Shown: piece by piece, positions 24,049-36,400 of the stretch
Numbering within the stretch: the first letter of the stretch is position 1
Layout of the letters: each line of letters opens with the position of its first letter
Assembly (NCBI GenBank): GCA_036172245.1
Contig: JAYWIR010000042.1
Location: 1,054,001 to 1,118,000, forward strand
Length of the DNA stretch: 64,000 nt
Source of the DNA: Raillietiella orientalis
Taxonomy: Eukaryota
Reading direction: 5' to 3'
The notes under the pieces: generated by a model
Told to the model about the DNA's origin: nothing
Database searches by the model: none
Seen by the model: the letters and a program-made list of their open reading frames with translations, nothing else
Made by a program: the position numbers and the translations under genes

Positions 24049-27000
24049 CAGAGACCTCCCGCTGCTCTCAGGGGCACATCCGACGTCCCTATGGCAGGTT
24101 CCCGAGCCTTCCCCTACGTTCCTGCAGCAGGAGGGAGGGGCGCAGGTAATCCAGCATCCCCCGTGGGTGAGGGAAGCGACCCTCTGCTGCTGTTGCCAGA
24201 AGCAGAGCGGTCGAGGAGCGATTTGAGGCGAAAAAGGTCTCCCTGACAACCCTGGTCGGAAAGAGGGTGGGAAGCCAGGGAGGAAGGTAACCCCTTCCCC
24301 TTCAAAAAGGAAGAAATAGCAGAGAATCAGCCCGTGTGCTCTTCTTGGAGGGCAACAGAAGATCCCTTCCCACTCCTCCTCCCCTGCACAGGACCCAGAC
24401 ATGGACGTCCGTTTCGTGCAGAAACAGATTCTCGGGTCTCGGACTTCGAGAGAAACCTGAGTCCGTTACTCCAGCGCACGGAAACCCGTCAACGGGTCGG
24501 TAATGGTCGGGAAGTCAAAGGGGGGTGGAAGGGGCGAAACAGGAGCGAGAAACCTTCCTTCCGTGGTGGACAGTGGTCAGAGAGACCTCGAGAGAGCCCA
24601 AGCCGGAGGAGAGGAAAGGAGTGGCTTTCTTGCTGCAGGAGGCTCAAAAGCCTCAGCATCCCGGCTGTGAAGCGTCTCTTCCTTCCTTCCTTAGAGCGAG
24701 CCCTCTTAGAGCAGGCAATGCGCGAAGAGGTCGTCGTCGACAAGCAGCTCCCTCCACCCCGCGAGCTCCCCCGATCCTTTTATCCACTTATAACTCCGAG
24801 ATCAGGGAAGCAACAACGAGGCTTCTTTCACCTTCCCGGCACGGAGCAGAAGTCTCTGAAGACCAGAAGGTCCTGACCCACTCATCCGTGGTGCGAACCT
24901 CCGTGGGACGTCCCTTTCATCTTCCCAGCGCTTCGAGACAGGGGGAAGCGGATAACGAGGAGACGAGGAGAAGAGGATAGCGATCCTCTTCTCCTCCCTC
25001 CGAAAAAAAAAAAAACCTTCAAAGAGGGACGGGAGATGACTGACTGGAACTGACGGATGAGTCGCATGCTGGGAACGGCCTGTCCTTTCACTCCCAAGCG
25101 TGTGAGCTCAACGAACCGCAGATCCTAGTCGAAGATGACGCCAGCCGGTGCCGAACCTGGACTGAGTGAAAGAGGACAATGGTCGCCGGGAAAACGAACA
25201 GGGAGTCAGTGAGGAATCACAGTTGCGTCCCTAAGGTGCTAAAGACCCTCCCGGTGGCACAGAGGAAAAACCTTCTCTTGGGGTCCTGAATGCAAGGAGG
25301 TTGCCTTCTCCGAGGATCCTTGTGCAGCACTCGCTCGCAGGTCGCAGTCGAGAGACCGTAAGGCAGCAGAATTATAGACGAGAGCCTCCGAGACCCAGCC
25401 CTTGATAGCACTGTCCCCGTGTCCGCGGGTGGTCATTTCGGCAAACCGATGGCCGGCATCTCTGTCGTTCATTAAAAAAAAAAAAAAAACTCGATTGAGT
25501 TTTCGAGGTCCACGAATCCGTCACCTCTTCTGACGTTCACGGGGCGGAGTTCTGCGTGGGGATTCTCGTTCTGAAAGAGACGGCTTCCAAGGAAGGCAAA
25601 CGAAAATCAGGCAATGGAACGAAAGGAAAAAGGGGTGGGAGCGGAGAGAGAGAGAGAGAAATCTCCTGTTCCAAAACTGAGAAACGAAGTGACACTGAGA
25701 GATGATGGGAAGTGTGTGTTCAACCGTTCAACCAGGCAGGGGGCGATTCCGATATTTTTCTGATGACTGCGTAGGGATCACTCCTCCAGTTTCTAAGAAG
25801 TCTTTCAGGAAGGAAGCAGACGTTTTGTAAGTATCACGGCGGCTGCCTCCTGTGGTGCGAAGACACCTGATGCGAACGGGGACGAAGAGGAAAACGATGA
25901 CTACCGAGGGTCCCAGGAGTCATTACAAAAGTCTTGGATAGGCTAGTAGTCGGGGTCACGCCATCAGCAAGAAACGGTCAATTCGGGCGAAGAAGCGAAC
26001 CACGATGGAGCCAGGAGGACGAATTTAAAAGGTCAGGTTAGTAGGCGAGTGGCTGGCTGAATACGAAACATGTTAATGAAGTTCGAATTGGAGGGAGTGA
26101 TCGAAAGGGAGAAGGTACAGAGTCTCAAAAGTAAGGTGCAAATAAATAGTTTGAAAACAATCCAAAAATTATTTAATGGGAGATATGAGGAAATCTGGAT
26201 ACGATATTTGAAAGTCAAGCATCCTGCGCTGATGCCCACCATTTCGAACTGGGATTTACGGACTTCCAAAAATTTTTGTGCTGAGAAAAAAGGAATAAAG
26301 TTCTGTCGAAAAAAGCGACGTCGGATTTTTGTGTCGACTGATCATCGTAAAAATGGTGCACTTCCATTCTCATCGAGCCCATACCTTCTGAGATATGTGC
26401 TAGATGAGAAATATAGGTGTTTCGCAACTTGGATGGAGTGGATGGATGGCCTATTTTATCGGGATGTCACTTTATTTTTCTCGGCCTGGTACACAATAAG
26501 AGTGTGTCTTAGGTGTACGTATAAAGGAAAATGTGACAGGGATATGGGACAGGCACCAGCAAGCCTTATCGTATATGCATATGGTCGACATGTTGTTCAC
26601 GTTGGTAATGTTTTTTTCCTTTGGCAAAATCAAAAATGCAGAAAAGGCGAACTTTTTTCTAAAGAGAAAAAAAATAAAATAATAATGCATATCCATTTGC
26701 GACTTAACCAGGATAAGGGAACCTAGTGAGGTCCTGCTGTCCACACATTGCTGTTTAATGTTTGCCATTATTTTCAAAGGGAAACGCACTCATTATCTCA
26801 AAAAGAAACTCCTGAATGGCTCCTTTCCTATGTCGTGCAGAACGATTCACTTTGACACCGATGGAATATCCGCTGCATAATAGAATACAAAAAAAGATAT
26901 CTAGGAGTCGTAACCTCGAATCAGAAACAGACCAAATGAGCGTGGATAGAATTTATCCACAGTAACCTATACATCTAGTCTCGTCTCTACAAGACTTGAA

Positions 27001-30000
27001 AGCAGTACTAAGATTCAGAGCTGTTTCAGAATTGCATATGCGGTTCGAATCCCACTCTCAAAGGCATTGAGCACAAGCTGGCGGGTAGCTGACCAGTCGG
27101 AAAAGCTATCTGACCAGTTGGAGCGGCTGATTTTGTCAACAGAAGGAACGTGGCAGTCCGAAACTTCAGGTTTTCTGTTTCAAAAAGCCGCTTATAGCAA
27201 CTCCAAAAAGTTTGTTCTTTTCAAGTATCAGATCCTTGATACATGGAGATAATGAGAATGAACCCTCTATAATTCATGTGACGAAGCTCCCCAGCGAGTA
27301 TGCTGTGGATAGTCAAATACAGGTCAGCTCATGGTTTGTTAATCAACTGAATTGATTAATAAATGATCCGAAACAGCAGACTAAAATCCGAAGAGGACCA
27401 GATCCAGGGGAAGAGGAAGGAGGAAAGATCCATAAAGCTATCGTCCGTGCTTTCCATAGCGCGAAGTGAGTTTACAACCTGTACACTACAAGAGTACGAA
27501 CCGGTTGACACTGCGGAGCCTTCGGATGCCTGCACTCTGAACGAATTTTCATCTTTTTTCAGCTGTTTCTTGATGCTTTGATGAATTTCGTAGTTGTGTT
27601 TTGTTTTGTTTCATTTACCATTCAAGTATTCTGGAACTGTTCTATCCTACATTCACAACGCAAAGAGATTAAAATATATGGAACTTGAGAGTCAGGAAAG
27701 TGAAGCTGTACTGATAAAAATTAAATCGATTCGGTATTACGTGTAGAAAACTAAGGCAAGATTCGAAAGGTGTCTCATTTGAAATCATGAAGATACTCAT
27801 CTATTCAATCATTTTTGCGTTTATTTTTTTCATCTTATAGCCTTTTCTGTCGGTTTTCAAAATCACCTTTTTTGCGGCGGTTGCTAGCATGAAACCGTAT
27901 CTTGATTGACGGATGAAGAGATCAAAATTCCTTTTGACGAGCTTACATCCGTGCAGCGAAATCAACATTTTCAGTTTGTTTGGAAATTTTGTACACCAAT
28001 TATGCAGAAGCTGCTTGTTTCTTCGGACCCCGCCAGCGGCATTTTTTAATACACGCTCCAAAACACTTTCTTTACTTCTGCTATGCTTTTCACTCCATTT
28101 TCAAAAATGATCATAATAATTCGTCCATTTTAGAAACTCCCATGGTAGCATTCTCCACTAACAACCTCTTTCTAAGACATATTGCCAGACACGAAGTATC
28201 TTGTGGGCTGTTACCCACGAAATACGTCGCATAAATCTAGTTTCCTTGGTTTTGTTTTTCTCTGAAAGATTTTTCCTGCAGATCCAGCGAAACTTTTCTG
28301 GACTCACGTCGCACGGGTCCATCACGGTACACTTTTTCTAGGGTCAGCCTTCCTCCCTTTCCCCCCTCCTACGGAACCACCTCTCAGGTCTTCGGGCGAC
28401 CTTGGACCTGACCTTGTGTACAGGAGTCATGGAGAAAATGCACCAGAAGAGAGCGTATGGAAGAGAGAAATAACTCTTGGAAGATGCGTTTAAACCCAAA
28501 CACGCCCACATCTTCAAAGCGCAAGAACGATTCTTCTGGGGATCGAATGGTCATCGGATTCTACATCTGGTCTGAAGGGTGTAAGGGGGTCTGTTGAGCT
28601 CCAGAGGAAATTCTTTCTTCAGCTCCCCCTGGTTGCGGTTGCCCATCGTCTGCATCCCTTAGGGAGAAAATCCCGTGACTGCCGTGGCGGAATGAGTCTT
28701 AGATGGCTGCACTGCTAGAACCCTCAGTGGATCGAATCTGCTCTAGCAGGCTCTCGGCGGTGGAGAAGTTCAGTGAGGTTATTTGTTTTTCTCCTGTAGA
28801 TTGCTCTCTGCGTTAGGGATGCTCTCGAACAATCGAAAATTTGCATTGGTTTGCTTTTTACAAGAATCAGTAAATGTCGTAGAGGCATCGGAAAGGAGTG
28901 CACGTCACAAGAAACAAAGTGATTTTCGAAACCCTTCCTAATTTCGAATGCTGAATCTGGACTGGAAATAAGGGGAGGAAGGGGGGGAGGTGCAGGGAGA
29001 TGAATTCAAAAACTGTTCTTCGCGTGGGAAAAAAAATTCGTCCTGGGGAAAAGCCGTCACCAATTGAAGTGCAAAAAAAAAAACAAACAAATGATCTTAT
29101 AGGTCCCGCATGCCGAAAACAGGGCTGTACGAACAGCGAGCTTCCTTGAAACCACTTTTCATCCAACTGGGGCAAATGGATTTTCCAGCAAATGAATCCT
29201 TTGTTTAGGAGCAGGAGCAGGAACACGCTTGCTCAACGGATGCCAGAAGGCGATAGGAACGTGACCACTGGAATCCATCTTTGTGTGTTGTTGTCCTTTC
29301 CCGTTCTTTGTTTTTCACTTTTTCGCTTCTCATCCGTCTGGCTGTTCCGATTCCACGGACGCACCATGAAACGTGGACTGTGGATACTTTGATCACTTCG
29401 GTCTATGGTGGACTGCAGGAGTGGGGGAACCATGGGCAGGTAGCCGTACGGATCGCGGTGGTGGCGCCCCGCCTTCCCTCCGTCGTACAAATTGCGCAAC
29501 GCCACGGCTTCGTTGTACACGGGAAAAGCACGGGCGGCCGTGCTGTTTTGTTGCATTGCACAGGGATGAGATCGTGATGACATTGCAATCTTTTCTTTTC
29601 TTTTTCTTTTAGCTTTATCGACGCACAGTGAACTCATAGCAGGACTGTGAACCTGGGCGTTTATTTAATTGAGTGAATGGAGCCTGCCGCAAACCCCATT
29701 CGGTGCCATTCACGAACAGTCCGGTTTTGAGTGTAAAAAGGATATACACCAGTTGTGTATTGCATAGTAAGTAATTAGCAGAAAATTGCCACCGAAAAAC
29801 ACGAAACGAAAGGAACATTTATTTTCAGTAAGAACGAAAAGATTTTCCTTGATTTTGGTATTCCAGAGTAAACTTGTTTTGGATATGTGTTTGGACAGTT
29901 AACAAATGATTGCTTTTTTTATGCGTGCAACGACACACTTTGTGATATCGAATCGGTCTTTTTGCAAACGTCCCCTCGTGCTTCCACTCCGTTAAAATAT

Positions 30001-30319
30001 TATTGAATACAGTTTAAGTATATGCTTAAATCGTGGACGCAGTTTAAAATGGGTATTCTCTTGGGGTAATGAAAGTTTGGGGAGTGTAGTTCATGCAGCG
30101 TTTGTTTATGCAGCTTCATTATCCGATCCAAGAGTGTGCCTCTGTGAGAAAACACATCATTGTCATCATTTATCCAATAACAGGTTTAATAATAGAAATT
30201 TGTTCATTACTGATGACAAATTTTCAGGAGTTTCTGACGAACTGTATCAATTGTTTCACGGTGAGATTGATCTACTCATTATGTGAATGAGCTTCTGGTA
30301 AAAAAATTCCACAACCAGA

Positions 30320-31324
30320 ATGCCATTGTCCGGCAGTAGTAGCATAATAGGTTCAAGCTCCATACGATCTCTGGTTTCAACAAGAACTTCTCGAACAGGT
30401 AGAAGTTTAAAGAGCTTAAAGCAATCTAGACTTGACAAGTTAAAACGCCCATTGTTGGAAACAGCATATTTTACTGACTTGCAAAATGGATCTCTGTTGG
30501 CTGGTATTTACTCCATTGTAAGATTTATTTCAGTGCATAATAATAAATGATTGTGATTTTGTTAGGTGCTCAGTTTATTCACTGTTTCCATTTCCATTTT
30601 TGATATCTATTGCTTAGCAATGGCAGAGCCAGGAGTTACCCACTATGGTTATTACATCTTTAGCTTCGAATTTGTTTATGTTGGCAACATGCATGGTAGA
30701 TATGTATGGCTAATTGTAGCTAATTCTTGGATTTTCTTATATCTGTCCAAATAGTGAGAAATTTTCTGATTGTGACAGCTGCTTTGAGCATTATCTTTGG
30801 GATAGCCATAACATTTACCTCTGCCTTTTTGCTAACAGGAGTCCTGAAAGTAAGAACCTTTACCATTACAATTTTGAAATAACATTACTTTATTGTCTAA
30901 TGGGTGGATTTGTAGGAACGGGAGCAAAAATTCCTTCCTTGGCTGTATTCTATGGCAGCCTTCATCTTTTTTCGCCTTTTTGCTACCATCTTCAATGCAA
31001 TTGTCAATGACCTCATCTACAGTTACCATATAGCTATGCTACTAGTATGGATGGCATCTCTGGGAATAAGTGTATTTTTCTGGCTAGTAGTGTATTCATT
31101 GTATATGCAATTGTGTGATCTCACACGTCTGGAGGACTTGGCTAAATTCAAGGTCAGTAATCAAGGATTTTTTCTGATAATGGCACTTTTAATTACAGCT
31201 GGGTACCATGAGCTCCCTGAATGCCTCTCTGTCACATCACTCTATGTCAATGAGCCTTGGAGGCTTGGGATCACGACCCACCACACCAGGAGAATCCTTG
31301 TCTGTTACAGGAATCATGTGTTGA
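30320..31324 (+). CDS. pasi2: Pasiflora-2-like tetraspan septate-junction membrane protein (261 aa)
   Basis: Exons 30320-30517, 30566-30695, 30755-30849, 30916-31152, 31199-31324 (786 nt, in frame). It has a Ser/Arg-rich N-terminus, RPLLETAYFTDLQNGSL, FDIYCLAMAEPGVTHYGYYIFSFEFVYVGN, four hydrophobic segments, and DLTRLEDLA..GTMSSLNAS..GSRPTTP, all as I recall them from insect Pasi2. Confidence 0.88.
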
Positions 31325-31441
31325 AAAAGCACTGGGAGATTTTTTTATCACAAAATACAGAATGATAGATCATCAGTGTATCTGACTGCATCCTTGCCAC
31401 CATAGGGAAGATGATGAATTTGAATCAGCACAATTACCCAG

Positions 31442-33481
31442 TTACTTGGACCGGAATGAGTCTATTAGGTGATTCATGGTAACATAAGACCCAGTGGCAA
31501 AACCCAAGAGCCCAAATATGCATATGGCTGCATTCTTCCACAGACGCCAGTAACCCTTGCCCCAGCAAGGCCAAGAGACGGCTGTTTCAATTATTGGTGG
31601 AAAGCAGAGGGCCAAAAAGGTGCTGCTCCAACAACCGACCAGAGCAATGAACAACTCAATCTTAGGGATGGTGGCAGCCAAAAGAACTAATGGGAACTAA
31701 ATGGTAATTATTAGAAGCACTTACATGTGAAAAGCAGCAACACCAGTCGCAGACCATATTCTATCCATATCACATTGTAGATTGGCGAAACTTTTTCTAA
31801 TACATAAGGCAACATGATTTCAATAGGCACATAAAACTGCAGAGGAAATGAAAAAAAGATGTCAACTACAATAAGCACTGTCACAGCCACAGCCAGCCTG
31901 GAACACAAAGTGCTGTGATCCACTGCTAAGTAAAAACATATATGTCTTACGGATCTCCCCGTGGCAAATTGAGAGTTACACTTCCTTGTGCATCATCACC
32001 ATACTTCAAGTAGCCATAAAAACTCATAGCCACGTAAAGTAAAGTTGCCAGGTTCATACTAGTCACTAGTACTCCACTGCAACCCACAAAGTTCTGAGGA
32101 TGCTTCATTTTGTTCTCAATTGGTAACACCTAACCAACATCTAACTTATTACTCCAATATTATGCTTACTACGCCTATGGATTCATAAGCAAAGACTATC
32201 ATGCCAAAGAAAAATGGCAGCTGTTCCCAAGAAGATACTAGTTTACACTCATACACGTCAGGTATATCAGTGAGCAGGTACTTGAAGATGATAATCAAAC
32301 TTATGGCCAGTGCAACATTGGCCAACGTAGATATGGGAGCCAAATATTTCAGATTTCTGATGGAACAGAGCATTATATACAATGGTAAAAGCATGATGAA
32401 ATAGTATTCCACACGAATGATGATACTGGGAAAGTAATGATCCACCATCTGAAAGCATGTGAATATGCACATCGAACTTTAATGGTTGCTTGCTTACACT
32501 TTTAGTACTAACAGCAACAAATACAGCATATACACAACAGAACCCCATCTGTGTGATACACAAGAACAAATTAACAATTTTCCTGAAACAGAACACAGTA
32601 CTTTGAAATACTCTTCTTGATATGGTTGCAATTTATCCAGATAAAAGTGTACATACCATCCAAGTTGAAATACATAAGGCAAACTGTACAAATGAATTAC
32701 AACTAGAAATATTAATCTGAACCACAATAAATTATTTTTTCCAATTAAAACAAGGGTGTAAGCTCCTTATCATAACTATGCCAATTACTAATATTGATGA
32801 AACATTTACAAATGACAGTGAGCCAAAGTACAAGATGTTTTTACCTCATAAAAATTGAATACTTTTGAAGCTTGACTGGACCATGCTGAAAAGAGAGTTC
32901 AGCTACTTGAGCATATGTCAAGTTATTTTCTTGTAAACGAAGACACAATTCATGGCAGCAGTTGACCAGCATGTGCATGCAATAAATGCAGATTGCTCCA
33001 ATAAGTAAGAGCCCTAACAAGCCTACACCTAAACCAGCATAGGCCATGGCCTGCGGCATGGCAAGAACGCCCATTCCAATATTTGCTTTCAGTAGATGCA
33101 CAAGAGCAACAAGGCTTCTAAAAATAACAGATTCTATGAGGAATTAAAAAAAATGCATCCACAAGAAATTTGATTTTTCTATGTAGGGAATACAAAAATA
33201 TTAGAGTGAAAAAAGTTTAATTTAAAAAAAACATACGAAGTACTGTGTTCAAATTCCCTCTTCATGTGACCAGTCTTATTGTGTAGGTTTAGGGGCATCT
33301 TCAGTTCAGTCTGATCTTTGGAATCATCACTGAAAACAAAGAAAACACCAGTTATTTTTTAAAGGAACATCCCATAAGGCATAATAACTGTTTTATAAGC
33401 ACTAGTATACCGGGATACATTGATCTCTGGCAACAGGGGCTGCTCCTCAACATCGGAAGAAACACTTTCATCGGTGTTCAT
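31442..33481 (-). CDS. Proton-coupled amino acid transporter (SLC36/PAT, pathetic-like; 465 aa)
   Basis: Exons (plus-strand coordinates) 33411-33481, 33237-33329, 32845-33117, 32498-32582, 32170-32448, 31951-32129, 31725-31897, 31442-31686 (1398 nt, in frame). Motifs: HLLKANIGMGVLAMP, TQMGFCCVY, IRNLKYLAP, FAYESIGVVLPIENKM, GYLKYG, PLQFYVP, FPPIIE. Confidence 0.93.
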
Positions 33482-36400
33482 ATTTCTTCGAAATATGATT
33501 GAAGCCACTTGAACAATGAGTTTATCTTAATACTTGAACAGGCATCGCAATTTGTTTGGGGCTTATGCTTCAAAAGTACCTTGTGAGCACGAGCAAGGGC
33601 CAAAAAAAAAAAAAAGACGACCCTTTGAGTTCTGCTGCAATGCAAGAAACATACAAGCCAAGGGCGCGCAGCTTTCAGTATGACGATAGTACAATGATTC
33701 ACATTCTTCCGTACAATCCAGATACGTATGCATGCTGCAAAAGGGAATCCTCTCGTCCGTTTCCATCAACGACAAGCATTTGCATGGAAATGTCGGCCGA
33801 TACACTGAGATAAATCACCCTTGGCGAGTTTCCCCATGAAAGCGCTGATAACCCCCGCCAGTGACGTGGAACAATCCCGCCGTCAACGAGAACAACCACG
33901 GAACGCAACCTCCCTCCGGCCAGAGACTCCTCACTCAGAGCTGCCAGCAATTCAAAGAACAAAAAGCAGGACAAACGGAACACGGAAGTTATTTGGAAAA
34001 CATATTTGAAATGTGCGGAAAGTATTCAACTCTGAGAACAGAAAACAGAAAATACAGGCATTGCATATCGTCTGAGGACATTCCATCACACAACGTGTAT
34101 ATACATATATACGAACGGACACCCGGACAGGGAAAGAAAGCGGTGTGGGGCACCACCACGAAACCACCGATCTGTGTCGCTGTTCATGGGGCCACAGAGC
34201 AAGTTGCCCGCGTGCATTCAGCCGTGCCACAGGAAGTGACCACTCGGTCGTGAAAGCGTAATCGCAAGGGGGGGGGGGGGATCAGCAGGAAAGTTATTGG
34301 GGGATACATAAACAGCGTGTCATTTATTTAGAACGATTGGAACCGAGAGGTCATCTTGGAGGGGGTGCCCTCGCGTCGGGTTCGTTGGTGTTGACACGCA
34401 TTTGTGTTTTGATGGGATTCGGCTGCGCGCTCGGTGTTCGCTGGAGCGTACACGCGCGGTGTCGCGGCCGCCCCGGGCCCCGCTTGGTTTAATCCCAGGT
34501 GAAATCTGAAGGGAAGGACCAGGGTGTGAAGAGTCAATAAATGCACCGAAAGATTGCTTTTATGAAGATAAATGGCTGATGCAGGTTGGACTCCACAGTT
34601 TGTGAATTTGCCGATCTGGCAAGCACTAGGGCATCCCAAATGGCTAGGGTAGCGATTTCTCTTCTGACTTAATTTTTTTTCTTTTTTTTTCTTTCTTTTT
34701 TTTTTTAGCACCACATCTGCATACATCCCACATCTTGAGATTTTTACTTAGCGACTGAGAGTACAAATAGGAAAACAATTATAACTCCAAAACACCTGTT
34801 GTGAGTTTTGAGTCATCGTGGAAAGCAGCTCGAGACAAATCCAAAAATGCTAATCTTACATGTGCTGAAATTCATACACGTCTGGTATATGAAGACTCTT
34901 AGATGATACATTACCCTCAGGAAGTTGTCAATCCTCGAAGTAACGTAATATCCCCCAATTTCCAAATCGTCAAAGCAACATACTGAAAGAGCAGAAGGAG
35001 AGAAACCGCCGTACAACTTGGGGCAACATGGACCAAACCGACTGGCATGAAAATCTCCCTTCAGTGCAGCTGAGTTCGATTTCACTTACGTGTCATTATG
35101 GTGGGATGGGTGCTTTTGAGTTCAGTCGAGGATTTAGATCATATCAAATACGATTATCTAAAGTACTTGTAGCAGGCTTCGACGTTAGACGAAGTACATT
35201 TGAGGAAGGTACAGTTTACAGTATGAGATTCAGATTAGCCTTTACCTTATTCGATAATATGAATATCACATATTTTTTTGTATTTATTCGTGCTTAATGT
35301 TACAAATTAACATGCCTATGATGATGGTCACTCATATGATAAAATCATCTCATTTAGAGATGATATGTGGAAATATATACGTTTAAGCCGACCAATATCA
35401 TCGCACATGTTGCCCAGTGGCGGCTAGCGTGTCAAAATGAGGACACTGAATTAATAGCTGCATGGAATGCAACTATGGATGAAGTCATTGATTAAATCAT
35501 AACTTATTTACCAATCAGCTTTTTTAATCAGTGATTTTAGCTTACATCGAAATGCCAAAAAACAAATCGGCATTTTTTATGAAGCACTTTTCTTAATACC
35601 TTTATCTAAATTTAATGGCTGAAACTTAGGTATCTGGATTTCATTTTGGCACTGGAGAATATAAGCAAATCTTTCGAAATAGCAGGTGCACGTATTCCCC
35701 CCAAAATAATAAATCACACAAATGCTGATGGAATGTGCTAATGGTTCGCAAATACGAGGATGATATTTACCTCACATAAACAGAGACGTCTTTTATTCTT
35801 CCATTCTACGCGGATGCGGCATTCGCTTTATCCTTGGCCATACTGATTTGAAAGACTCTGCACAGAGTTTCCTCCTACAACGTGTACTTTGCCATTTGAC
35901 TGGACTTTATAATGCAACGCATCGACCAACACAATACACTCTTCAGAGCTGAGATATGCTTGAAAACTTCGGCACACCAGGCATTCGTATCTTGTACACG
36001 AAATCGATACCCATACACGATATCTGAATGTGAATGGGTATGACCCGATTACTTCCTCAAACAAAGACGTGTGTCTTCCACGGGATCTTCGTGCATACGC
36101 GCACACCACCGTGTAGCAATCATAAGCATCATCCACTCCAGCTTCGTTTTTAGCTGCAGCAAATCGCTGAAGTGCAGTTTGTTATCTTGGCGAATACAAA
36201 TATTTCAAAAATGCTTCCGTGTGTTGACCTCCTGCATCCACTCAATCGCAGTTAATGTGTGCAAACAGAGAATCCGTACATCCTAATCGAGGAAAGTATC
36301 TCTGAAGTTCACTGATTAGCTGATGGTTGGGAATTCAGCCTGGTCACATTGGGTCTTATCGCCCTCGTACATCTACTTAAACGAGCCTTTTCCTCGAACG

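Noticed and set aside
13000..25000. Many 150-320 aa ORFs on both strands (e.g. 14952-15815, 19274-20143, 22236-23204); similar ones at 41-44 kb and 55-64 kb
   Set aside because: They are Arg/Pro/Gly/Ser-rich, overlap in several frames and have no domain motifs, as expected from stop-codon scarcity at high GC.
25129..25197. Frame ending ...GQWSPGKR, which looks like a second calcitonin Pro-amide site
   Set aside because: In-frame TAG at 25126-25128, no cysteines and no phase-2 acceptor.
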